Assembly (NCBI GenBank): GCA_028282585.1
Contig: JANQHR010000126.1
Coordinates: 40,832 to 104,831, forward strand
Length of the DNA: 64,000 bases
Origin: Bacteroidales bacterium
GTDB lineage: Bacteria > Bacteroidota > Bacteroidia > Bacteroidales > UBA12077
Direction of reading: 5' to 3'
Numbering within the stretch: position 1 is the first letter of the stretch; every line of letters starts with the position of its first letter. This document shows positions 9,580 to 18,621 of the stretch, piece by piece. Both the position numbers and the translations under genes were made by a program. A model generated the notes under the pieces. The model was not told the origin of the DNA. It saw only the letters and a program-made list of their open reading frames with translations, and searched no databases.

Positions 9580-10438
9580 GAAAAATATCATATGGTTGGC
9601 TAGTTATCCGAAATCGGGAAATACTTGGTTTCGTATTTTTCTTACTAATTTGTTATACGAATCAGATGATCCTGCGAATATCAATGATTTAGCTGAAACC
9701 TCCATTTCCAGTTCGCGAAAGATATTTGATGAATACACAGGCCTTTCATCTTCCGATTTAACTTTTGAGGAAATTGATACATTACGTCCTTATGTTTATC
9801 GTATACAATCAGAGGAAAGCAATGAGCTATTGTTTAAAAAAGCTCATGATAAGTTTTATAATGTGAATAAAAATCAACCCTTGTTTCCACCGGAAGTTTC
9901 AAAAGGAGTCATTTATTTTATTCGTAATCCATTGGACGTATTAGTTTCTTTTGCATATCACAGTGCTAAACCTATTTCAAGAATGCTACCTTCACTAAAT
10001 AATTCAAAATATGAATTTTGTGGAAGAGATAACAAATTACAAAATCAGTTAAGGCAAATACTAGGAAGCTGGTCTGGTCACGTTTGTAGTTGGATCAACC
10101 AGGATTTAATTCCGATTCATATCATGAGGTATGAAGATATGATCAATGATACTTTTAATACGTTTAAACATGCCGTACAATTTATTGGATTGAAAAAAAC
10201 GGATAAACAAATAAAAACGGCCTTGGCAAAAAGTAGTTTTTCAGTTTTATCGAAACAGGAAAAAAAGGATGGTTTTAGGGAAAAAATGATTCGCACAAAA
10301 TTTTTTTTTCGTAAAGGTCAAATAGGTGATTGGAAAAACCATTTAAGTGAACGGGAGGTAGAAAAAATTGTTTTAAACAATAAAGAAATTATGTTGAAAT
10401 TCAAATACTTGGACAGTAATTACAAACCTATATTTTAA
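9572..10438 (+). CDS. PAPS-dependent sulfotransferase (Sulfotransfer_1)
   Basis: WLASYPKSGNTW (5'-PSB), RNPLDVLVS (3'-PB), RYEDM, FFRKGQIGDWKN; overlaps kinase by 8 nt. Confidence 0.93.
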   Translation: MSKKNIIWLASYPKSGNTWFRIFLTNLLYESDDPANINDLAETSISSSRKIFDEYTGLSSSDLTFEEIDTLRPYVYRIQSEESNELLFKKAHDKFYNVNKNQPLFPPEVSKGVIYFIRNPLDVLVSFAYHSAKPISRMLPSLNNSKYEFCGRDNKLQNQLRQILGSWSGHVCSWINQDLIPIHIMRYEDMINDTFNTFKHAVQFIGLKKTDKQIKTALAKSSFSVLSKQEKKDGFREKMIRTKFFFRKGQIGDWKNHLSEREVEKIVLNNKEIMLKFKYLDSNYKPIF

Positions 10439-10439
10439 A

Positions 10440-10730
10440 ATGGTTAAAATAAAATTAACGGAAAATACTTTAATAAAGAGAAAGAATAGTATTCTAGCCA
10501 GTGATTTGGATGGGGAAAAGGTTATGATGAGTATCCAAAAAGGTGAGTATTATGGTTTAGGGAAAACGGGAACTTTTATTTGGGATCACATTGAAAATTA
10601 CATCTCAATTAGTGATTTAATAACTTTAATTACAGATAAGTATAATGTAAAGAAAGAGCAATGTTTAAAAGATATTATTCCTTTTATAACGGACCTTATT
10701 GAAAAAGAGCTTATTATTGCAACCAATTAG
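10440..10730 (+). CDS. Lasso peptide B1 / PqqD-family RiPP recognition element
   Basis: DLDGEKVMMSIQKGEYYGLGKTGTFIWDHI ... YNV..EQC..DI..FI..L....LI pattern. Confidence 0.93.
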   Translation: MVKIKLTENTLIKRKNSILASDLDGEKVMMSIQKGEYYGLGKTGTFIWDHIENYISISDLITLITDKYNVKKEQCLKDIIPFITDLIEKELIIATN

Positions 10731-10761
10731 AGTTTTTTTACGTTTAAACTTGTGAACACGA

Positions 10762-11202
10762 ATGATGTTCAAACAGATAAAGAAATATTGCAGCTTAGAT
10801 AAAACTGAACGTAAAATCTTGAATCGAACTTTTTTTTGGTTAATTTATGCTTTTGTACTGGTTCGATTAATACCTTTAAAATGGTTTAATTCAATTTTAG
10901 GGGAATATAACAACGTGGTTGAAGTAACTTTAAACACAAAACAACTACAGTTAATTTTTGTGGTTAAAAAAAATATAAGAAGAGTAAAAAAACATTTACC
11001 CTGGAAAGTTAAGTGTTTTGAAGAAGCAATAACAGCAAAAAAATTACTGGAAATGGTTAATATAAAATCAACACTTTACTTAGGAGTCAGAAAAGGGAGT
11101 AAACAGACCTTAAAAGCTCACGCCTGGTTGAAAAGTGGAGATAAATTTGTTAGTGGAGAAAAAGGATATAAAAGTTTTGTGACGGTTGGATTTTATACTT
11201 GA
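10762..11202 (+). CDS. Lasso peptide B2 leader peptidase (transglutaminase-like)
   Basis: KCFEEAITAKKLL (Cys), LYLGV, AHAWL (His) motifs. Confidence 0.92.
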   Translation: MMFKQIKKYCSLDKTERKILNRTFFWLIYAFVLVRLIPLKWFNSILGEYNNVVEVTLNTKQLQLIFVVKKNIRRVKKHLPWKVKCFEEAITAKKLLEMVNIKSTLYLGVRKGSKQTLKAHAWLKSGDKFVSGEKGYKSFVTVGFYT

Positions 11203-11228
11203 TTATATGACACTTATGGAAGATTATA

Positions 11229-11257
11229 AAATTTGCATTAAATTTGATTTAAATTTG
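11229..11257 (+). repeat. Three AAATTTG direct repeats with 11-bp period upstream of the lasso precursor
   Basis: AAATTTG at 11229, 11240, 11251; the last two copies are full TAAATTTG. Confidence 0.6.
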
Positions 11258-11268
11258 AAAAAAGTGAG

Positions 11269-11427
11269 ATGATGAAAGAAAAGAATGTAAATAAGGAAAC
11301 TAGTCAACCATGCAATAAACTTGAATGGGAAGCTCCAAGATTATATTGTTTAGATAAAGGAAAAACAGAAGGGGGAACCTTTAGCGGATATGCTGAAGGT
11401 GTAACATATAATGGTACAGCATCGTAA
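11269..11427 (+). CDS. Lasso peptide precursor (52 aa, not in ORF track): MMKEKNVNKETSQPCNKLEWEAPRLYCLDKGKTE-GGTFSGYAEGVTYNGTAS
   Basis: Hand-translated ATG 11269 (or 11272) to TAA 11427; WxxPxL leader motif, Thr at -2, Gly1, Glu9, C-terminal Ser; directly after B2. Confidence 0.92.
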   Translation: MMKEKNVNKETSQPCNKLEWEAPRLYCLDKGKTEGGTFSGYAEGVTYNGTAS

Positions 11428-11439
11428 ATTTGTTTTATA

Positions 11440-14400
11440 ATGAGAAAAGTTTTATATTTCTTAGGCATCATTCTTATTCCATTAAATTGTTTTAGTCAGG
11501 CATGGATTGTGTCTCAGCATCTAAAAAGTGATAATGATTTAAGAATCTTAGATATTAAAAAAGATGCTGGTAATAATGTTTATGTTACTGGTATTTTTAA
11601 AGGCACATATAATGGTAATACTTCTGAAGGTCTTTTTGATATATTTCTGGCAAAGTTTAATAGTGATTTAAATAAAGAGTGGATTCAAACGGTAGGAAGT
11701 TCATCTGTTGAATTCGACCCTAGGATTACTTTAGATGCAGCAAATAATATTTTTTTAACGGGCGCTTTTAGAGACAGCTGTGTTTTTGATGAAAATATAT
11801 ATTTAAAAAGTGACGGTAACTACGATATTTTTCTCGCAAAGTATTCGAATGTAGGAAATATTATATGGGCAAAAAATATTGCTAATTATCCAACGCAGCA
11901 AAATCCGACTGATATAGATGTTGATGGTAACAACGATCTAATAATAACAGGTCACTTTTCAGACTCTACGTATCTTATAAATCAAAAAATAGTTAGTTCA
12001 GGAAGGAATAGTTTTTTTGCAAAAATTGATACCAGTGGAACTAAAATTTGGGTTAATTATGTGCCAGGAAATAATATATCTTCAAGAATTAATAATATTA
12101 AAGTGTACCAAGATGAATATTATTTTAATGGGTACTTTAGAGATGAGATGTACTTTGATATTGAAACAATTACTAGCAATATACCAGGTCAACAGGATCT
12201 TTTTATTTATAAAACAGACATAAATGGCAATGGATTATGGATAAGAAGAACTTATGGTGATAATTTAGATGCTACTGGTTCTATTGCTGGAGATAATTAT
12301 GGTAATGTTTACTTTACAGGGTACTTTCAAAGCTCAACATTAGCGGTAGATTCAACTGATATTAGTTTATCTAGTCAGATTTTAACCAATAATAATGATT
12401 TTGATATTTTCATATTAAAGTACAATAAAAATGGTAACCTACAGTGGAATAAACAATTTGGACTAAATGGTCGTGATTACGGTGTTGATGTGAATGTCAA
12501 TAATGATATTTTATACATGTCAGGTTATTTTAGCGATACTATAGCTTTTGGTGAATATTCACTTGAATCGACAGGAACAGGGGATAGAGATATGTTTATA
12601 ACTGTTATGGATCTAAATGCGAAGACTTTTAATTCCATATCTCTGGGAGGGATTGATGGCAATGACCTTGCTGCTGGCGCTTTGGTTTTAGAAGACGGAG
12701 ATGCAATCATTAGTGGTTATTTTCAATCATCCAGTATTTCTGTTGGAGATAGCTTATTCATGAATGCTTCACCTGGTTTTAGGGATGGAATAGTTGCAGA
12801 ATATAGGCCACCATTATCTGCAGTTTTTTCAAACGTTGAAAATATTGCCTGTAATTCAGATAATGATGGAGAGCTTACAATAACTGCTGAGTTTGGACAA
12901 AAGCCTTATACGTATTCCTGGAGTCATGATGGAGGTTTAACCGATTCTACTGCAATAGGGCTTTCTGCTGCAACTTATACAGTTACAGTTACAGATGCTG
13001 TTGACTCAACGGCGGTGGTAAGTTACGATTTAACTGAACCGGATGAAATTACGTTTAATCCATTGGTTACCCAGGTAAGTCAATGCAGTTACTCAAAAGA
13101 AGGAGTTATTGATTTAAATGCAGCAGGAGGAAATGGAGGATATACATATCAATGGCAGGCGAGCGAAGGAGGAGATGGTATTGTGTTAAGCGCAGAAGAC
13201 CAATCAGGTTTAGCTATTGGTAGATACGATGTAACAATAACTGACACAGAATTATGTACAAATGATACTATAACTTACATTACCGGACCGGCACCAATTA
13301 CGTTTGGAGGTTCTGTTGTAACTGATTCTTCGGGGATAGGTCCCGGAGCTATTGATTTATCATATACTGGTGGATCTGGAAGTCCTGCTTCTTTTACATT
13401 TGATTGGATTGGCCCATCAGGTCCTCCAGCTACTCATTCTGAAGATACTTCCAACTTGAGTCCTGGAAATTATAGTGTTACTGTTACAGATGTTCATCTT
13501 TGTGAGTTTGATACAACCTTTAATGTTGCAAATTTGGATACATTTTATATATTTATTTCAGACCAAAAAGATGCTTGTTTAGGAACTATTAATGGTAATG
13601 CAACGGTTAGCTTTTCTTCACCTAAAGGACATACGTTAATTAACTATTTATGGGATGTAAATGCAGGAAGCCAAACAACGGCAAAAGCAACTAATTTAGC
13701 TCCCGGGAGATATTATAAAGTTACTGTTACTGATACTGAGAATACGCCGAATACAACTTTAGTTGATAGTGTATATATAGATGAGTTAATATATAATTTG
13801 GCAGGTTCATTGTCAGGTACAACAACACTGGATTGTTACGGTGATACGGATGGTTATATTGATTTAACCATAACCATAGCTGGAGAGTTGCCCTATACTT
13901 ATAATTGGAGTACAGGTTCAAACTTACAGGATATTACCGATCTTGGAATAGGAAATTATAGTGTTACAGTTACTGATGATAATGAGTGTACTTTTTCAAT
14001 TACAAACTATGCTATAAACCAGCCGGAACTTTTAACAGCTTCTGCTGAAATTATAAACGAACCTTCTTGTAACGGGGATTTTGATGGTGAAGTAACTGTT
14101 GATAGAAACGGAGGGACAGCACCTTACACGTACCAATGGGATGACCCCGGATTTCAAGATACCCGCAATGCAGATGGATTAGATGCTGGCTATTACACTG
14201 TAACTGTTACGGATGTAAATAATTGTATGACATTATCTGGAATTAATTTAACCGAACCAGATGTAGTTTCAATTAGTAAAGTAATAAGTGATGAGATATG
14301 TAATTCAGCAGGAGAAGGAGCAGTTACATTAACAACAACGGGAGGTACGGATCCTTTTGGCTATTCTTGGACTACAACTGATGGTTCAGGATTAATATCT

Positions 14401-15753
14401 TCTAATAAAAATCAGACCGGGCTTACAGCAGGGAAATATTATTTTACAGCAACCGATAATAATGGTTGTGCTTTTATGGATAGTGCTGAGATAACGGAAC
14501 CTGAATTACTTCAAATTACCAATGAATCCAAAACAGATGTGAATACCTGTAATGGTGATAACACTGGTACCATAACAATCGCAGCATCAGGAGGTACAGG
14601 TATTTTAACTTATACATTAAATCCTGGAAATATTCAAACAAATAATACAGGGGCATTTACAAGTCTTGGTGCTGGTAATTATACAGTAAATGTTGAAGAT
14701 GAAAATGCATGTGCAGTAGCTTCAAGTTCTCTGAGTATAGCAGAACCGGCTTTATTAATAATTACTAGGAATGATGTAAATGATGCAACTTGTTATGGAA
14801 TTAATAATGGGAATATTGACATTAATGTGTCCGGAGGAACAATTTCATCAGGATATACTTTTAATTGGACAACTTCGGATGGTTCTGGACTAGTTGCAGG
14901 TTCAGAAGATCAGCCAAGTTTAGGAAATGGGACCTATGATTTAACTGTAACTGATGATAATTTATGTTCGGATAATACAAGCTTTGTGTTAACAGAACCT
15001 GAAGCTATTATAGTTAATAAAACAGTGTATGAGCCATCATGCAATGATGATAATGATGGAACTGTAATAGTTACACATTCTGGAGGAACTTTACCTTTTT
15101 CGTATTTTTGGACAACAACAGATGGAAGTGGCTTAGATCCGGTTTATCGAAACCAAGGTGGATTAAGCCCGGGAACGTATTATTTAGAAATTACAGATGC
15201 TTTAGATTGTATAATTAACGAAGCTGTTACAATTACAGCGCCATCTATAATTACTATAGATTCTCAGAGCTCTACTGATGCAACCGATTTTAATACTGCT
15301 GACGGAACAATTTCAGTAACTGCATCCGGAGGTACAAGTACATTGACTTATGTATTAAGACCAGACGATATTTCGAACCAAACCGGTACTTTCAATTCAT
15401 TATTACCTGGTGAATATGTAATAGAAGTTGATGATATTTATTTTTGTGGACCAATAACAACAGATACTATTACTATTGGAGCAATTAATTCAGTTAATTT
15501 AATTTTTGCAGGAGATTTTATTAAAGTGTTTCCTAATCCAACATCAAGTAAAGTATTCGTGGAAATAGATATGAATGCTACCTTTAAATTAGAACTCGCT
15601 AGTATGTCTGGACAAATCTTATATCAGGATGAAATAATCACAAATGGATTTATGAAAGAAGAGATTGATCTTTCCTCATTTACAAAAGGGATTTATTTGC
15701 TGAGAATATATAATAATGAATATTACTTAACAGATAAGCTTATATTGCAGTGA
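11440..15753 (+). CDS. T9SS-secreted protein: SBBP-like beta-propeller repeats, SprB repeats, type A C-terminal sorting domain
   Basis: Signal peptide; repeated D.F..KY...G...W units; repeated GG..PYTY.W...L..G.YTVTVTD.N.C units; C-terminal VFPNPT...IDLS...KGIYLLRI...KLILQ. Confidence 0.9.
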   Translation: MRKVLYFLGIILIPLNCFSQAWIVSQHLKSDNDLRILDIKKDAGNNVYVTGIFKGTYNGNTSEGLFDIFLAKFNSDLNKEWIQTVGSSSVEFDPRITLDAANNIFLTGAFRDSCVFDENIYLKSDGNYDIFLAKYSNVGNIIWAKNIANYPTQQNPTDIDVDGNNDLIITGHFSDSTYLINQKIVSSGRNSFFAKIDTSGTKIWVNYVPGNNISSRINNIKVYQDEYYFNGYFRDEMYFDIETITSNIPGQQDLFIYKTDINGNGLWIRRTYGDNLDATGSIAGDNYGNVYFTGYFQSSTLAVDSTDISLSSQILTNNNDFDIFILKYNKNGNLQWNKQFGLNGRDYGVDVNVNNDILYMSGYFSDTIAFGEYSLESTGTGDRDMFITVMDLNAKTFNSISLGGIDGNDLAAGALVLEDGDAIISGYFQSSSISVGDSLFMNASPGFRDGIVAEYRPPLSAVFSNVENIACNSDNDGELTITAEFGQKPYTYSWSHDGGLTDSTAIGLSAATYTVTVTDAVDSTAVVSYDLTEPDEITFNPLVTQVSQCSYSKEGVIDLNAAGGNGGYTYQWQASEGGDGIVLSAEDQSGLAIGRYDVTITDTELCTNDTITYITGPAPITFGGSVVTDSSGIGPGAIDLSYTGGSGSPASFTFDWIGPSGPPATHSEDTSNLSPGNYSVTVTDVHLCEFDTTFNVANLDTFYIFISDQKDACLGTINGNATVSFSSPKGHTLINYLWDVNAGSQTTAKATNLAPGRYYKVTVTDTENTPNTTLVDSVYIDELIYNLAGSLSGTTTLDCYGDTDGYIDLTITIAGELPYTYNWSTGSNLQDITDLGIGNYSVTVTDDNECTFSITNYAINQPELLTASAEIINEPSCNGDFDGEVTVDRNGGTAPYTYQWDDPGFQDTRNADGLDAGYYTVTVTDVNNCMTLSGINLTEPDVVSISKVISDEICNSAGEGAVTLTTTGGTDPFGYSWTTTDGSGLISSNKNQTGLTAGKYYFTATDNNGCAFMDSAEITEPELLQITNESKTDVNTCNGDNTGTITIAASGGTGILTYTLNPGNIQTNNTGAFTSLGAGNYTVNVEDENACAVASSSLSIAEPALLIITRNDVNDATCYGINNGNIDINVSGGTISSGYTFNWTTSDGSGLVAGSEDQPSLGNGTYDLTVTDDNLCSDNTSFVLTEPEAIIVNKTVYEPSCNDDNDGTVIVTHSGGTLPFSYFWTTTDGSGLDPVYRNQGGLSPGTYYLEITDALDCIINEAVTITAPSIITIDSQSSTDATDFNTADGTISVTASGGTSTLTYVLRPDDISNQTGTFNSLLPGEYVIEVDDIYFCGPITTDTITIGAINSVNLIFAGDFIKVFPNPTSSKVFVEIDMNATFKLELASMSGQILYQDEIITNGFMKEEIDLSSFTKGIYLLRIYNNEYYLTDKLILQ

Positions 15754-15770
15754 TAAAATAACATATTTGA

Positions 15771-15800
15771 AAAAAGCTCTCACCATGAGAGCTTTTTTTT
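15771..15800 (+). terminator. Rho-independent terminator after the T9SS gene
   Basis: AAAAAGCTCTCA-CCA-TGAGAGCTTTTTTTT perfect stem plus U-tract. Confidence 0.85.
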
Positions 15801-15831
15801 ATTGTAATTTGTAGTCCAACTCTTAGATGAT

Positions 15832-15839
15832 TATCTTTG
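15832..15839 (+). promoter_or_regulatory. Putative -7 promoter element of purD
   Basis: TATCTTTG 21 nt upstream of ATG 15861. Confidence 0.55.
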
Positions 15840-15860
15840 TTTTCTTTAAAACTTAAAATT

Positions 15861-17135
15861 ATGAATATACTTTTACTTGGTACAGGGGGGCGCGAACACG
15901 CGTTAGCATGGAAAATTGATCAAAGTAATAAAGTTAAGAATCTATACATAGCGCCAGGTAATGCTGGGACTTCTGATATTGGTGAGAACATAAACATTAG
16001 TTTGTCAGATTTTGAAGCAGTAAAGAAAGTAGTTATTGATAAGGAAGTAGATTTAGTAGTGGTAGGTCCAGAACAACCATTGGTTGATGGGATTGTTGAT
16101 TTCTTCGCTTTAGATTCGGATATAAAAAATATCCCGATTATTGGACCGTCAAAGTTAGGTGCTAAGTTGGAGGGTAGCAAAGATTTTGCTAAAGCATTTA
16201 TGCAAAAATACCAAATACCTACGGCAAGGTATCAATCTTTTAATAAAAAAACTATCGTTGATGGAAAGAGATTCCTTGAAACTTTGTCGGCCCCTTATGT
16301 ATTGAAAGCAGATGGTCTGGCTGCAGGCAAGGGAGTGTTAATTTTAGATGACTTAGAACAAGCTCAAACCTCACTGGAAAATATGCTTAATGGTCAGTTT
16401 GGAGAAGCAAGCAAAACAGTAGTTATTGAGGAATTTTTAAAAGGTATAGAACTTTCCGTATTTATTGTTACAGATGGAAAATCGTATAAATTATTACCGG
16501 AAGCAAAAGATTATAAGCGAATAGGAGAAGGTGATACCGGATTAAATACAGGTGGAATGGGCGCTGTATCTCCTGTTCCATTTGCAGATAAGGAGTTTTT
16601 ATCAAAAGTTGAAGAAAGAGTAATTAAACCTACTATTGACGGTTTAATAAAAGAAAATATAAAATACAAAGGATTTATATTTTTTGGCCTAATGAATGTT
16701 AAAGGAGATCCATATGTAATTGAATACAATGTGCGTATGGGAGATCCGGAAACAGAAGTTGTCATACCACGTATAAAATCTGATTTAGTTGACTTGTTTG
16801 TACATACAGCTAATAGTACACTGGAAAATGCGGAATTAATTATTGATGAAAATTTTTGCACGACGGTAATGTTAGTATCTGAAGGATATCCTGAAAAATA
16901 TGAAAAAGGCAAAAAAATAACTAACCTGGAAAAAGTAAAGGAATCCATCATATTTCACGCGGGAACTATTAATAAAGATGATCATGTTTATACAAATGGA
17001 GGGAGAGTTATAGCAATTTCTTCGTATGGTGAAAATATGGATGCTGCATTGCTAAAGTCATATAGGAATATTGACGCTATTAAATTTGAAGGAAAAAATT
17101 ACAGAAAAGATATTGGATTTGATCTAAAAGAATAA
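15861..17135 (+). CDS. purD: Phosphoribosylamine--glycine ligase (start at ATG 15861)
   Basis: LLGTGGREHALAW, VVGPEQPL, KADGLAAGKGV, DYKR..EGDTGLNTGGMGA, EYNVRMGDPE. Confidence 0.97.
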   Translation: MNILLLGTGGREHALAWKIDQSNKVKNLYIAPGNAGTSDIGENINISLSDFEAVKKVVIDKEVDLVVVGPEQPLVDGIVDFFALDSDIKNIPIIGPSKLGAKLEGSKDFAKAFMQKYQIPTARYQSFNKKTIVDGKRFLETLSAPYVLKADGLAAGKGVLILDDLEQAQTSLENMLNGQFGEASKTVVIEEFLKGIELSVFIVTDGKSYKLLPEAKDYKRIGEGDTGLNTGGMGAVSPVPFADKEFLSKVEERVIKPTIDGLIKENIKYKGFIFFGLMNVKGDPYVIEYNVRMGDPETEVVIPRIKSDLVDLFVHTANSTLENAELIIDENFCTTVMLVSEGYPEKYEKGKKITNLEKVKESIIFHAGTINKDDHVYTNGGRVIAISSYGENMDAALLKSYRNIDAIKFEGKNYRKDIGFDLKE

Positions 17136-17137
17136 CT

Positions 17138-18151
17138 ATGTTGGTAAATACACTTAAAAGCAATCAACCATATGTTATAGTATTAATAATTTTTGTAAGT
17201 GCAGCATTATGGTTATTTTCATTTGTTAATCCGATCGGAATTAGTATTTCAACAGATACTTTTTATTCACCATTTTATAGTTTAATTGTTAAGATCATTG
17301 AGTATAAAACATCTTTTTCTGTGTTTTTAACATTGTTAATTGTTGTATTGCAAGCTTTTTTGCTTGTTTTTTTTAATAAAACATATATTTTAATTAATTA
17401 CAGGACTTATTTACCTGCTTTTTTTTATATTATAATTGCCAGTAGTTTTGTTCAATTACAGAGAATAAACCCAGTAATCTTAGGTGCAATTTTTATATTT
17501 ATTTCTATAAATAACTTATTTAGCATATATAGATCGGATTATACTTTAAACAAGCTTTATTTAGCAGGTTTTTTTATAGCAATTGCATCTCTATTTTGGA
17601 CTCCATTTATCTTTTTTGTTATATTAATCTGGATTTCACTTCTCGTTTTAAGACCATTTATTGGAAGAGAATGGTTGGTAGGTTTATTAGGATTTTTGAC
17701 TCCCTACCTATTCGTATTCGTATATTATTTTGTTTTTACATCAGGAGATCAAATAGAAATGCTAATAGCCTCTTTACAACAAAGCTTAAAAATTAATATA
17801 AACCTTAATTTTCTTCATTTTTCTTACTACATATTATATGGATTTCTTTTTCTTTTATTAATACTTGCTAGTTATACTATAATAGCCAATTTTCAGAAAA
17901 AAAAGATAAGAAACAGAAAATATTTTGAAATTAACTGGTGGATTTTTTTTATTAGTTTTGGGTTATTGGTATTTTTTGAGTCTGTTGGTTATGAGATTAT
18001 ATATGTATTATGTATTCCTTTATCCTTTTTACTTACTGATTACTTTTATACAATAAGAAAATCTTGGTTCTTAAATTTATTATTAGTTGTATTTTACTTA
18101 TCAATTATATATATACAAATAACAGCTCATCAATTTGATGAGCTGTTATAA
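17138..18151 (+). CDS. Conserved Bacteroidota integral membrane protein (DUF6427-like)
   Basis: About 9 hydrophobic helices; 2 nt after purD; RPF..REW..GL.GF..P motif. Confidence 0.6.
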   Translation: MLVNTLKSNQPYVIVLIIFVSAALWLFSFVNPIGISISTDTFYSPFYSLIVKIIEYKTSFSVFLTLLIVVLQAFLLVFFNKTYILINYRTYLPAFFYIIIASSFVQLQRINPVILGAIFIFISINNLFSIYRSDYTLNKLYLAGFFIAIASLFWTPFIFFVILIWISLLVLRPFIGREWLVGLLGFLTPYLFVFVYYFVFTSGDQIEMLIASLQQSLKININLNFLHFSYYILYGFLFLLLILASYTIIANFQKKKIRNRKYFEINWWIFFISFGLLVFFESVGYEIIYVLCIPLSFLLTDYFYTIRKSWFLNLLLVVFYLSIIYIQITAHQFDELL

Positions 18152-18166
18152 TTTTATATTTAAAAA

Positions 18167-18619
18167 TTAAAATCTTTCAACAAAGGAAAGTAATGCAATT
18201 GCTAAACCTTGTTCTCCTTCCTTAAAGTTAACCCAAATATGGTAAACTCCTGTTTGTGTACATTTAAAATCAACGCTAGGATAGCTTTTACCTGTAGCTA
18301 CAATATATGTTGTTCCTAATAAACGGTTATTATCATAAATTTGCAGAATTGCTTCTCCAGCAAAATCCTTGGAATTACAAATCGAGAAACGGTATTTAGT
18401 ATTTTTACTAAGCACAACCGAATGTCTGGCAACAGGGGGCTCTTCACCTGGTTTTGCTGCTTCAAGTTTAATTTGGAAATCTTTGAGATACGTAGCATCT
18501 TCACCTGCTACCATATTACATATATCTACTAACTCTTGACCAGATTGAGCTAATAACTTATTACTATTTCCTAATATTAAAATTGCAAATAGGGTAAAAA
18601 TTATATATACGTTTCTCAT
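18167..18619 (-). CDS. Small exported hypothetical protein
   Basis: Signal peptide; beta-sandwich-like pattern (YRFSIC ... F.C.QTGVYH); 2 nt after the lipoprotein gene. Confidence 0.65.
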   Translation of the reverse strand: MRNVYIIFTLFAILILGNSNKLLAQSGQELVDICNMVAGEDATYLKDFQIKLEAAKPGEEPPVARHSVVLSKNTKYRFSICNSKDFAGEAILQIYDNNRLLGTTYIVATGKSYPSVDFKCTQTGVYHIWVNFKEGEQGLAIALLSFVERF

Positions 18620-18621
18620 AT

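Noticed and set aside
12800-15480. Repeats in the T9SS gene as a CRISPR array or DNA tandem repeat
   Set aside because: The repeats are degenerate at DNA level and in frame; they are SprB protein repeats.
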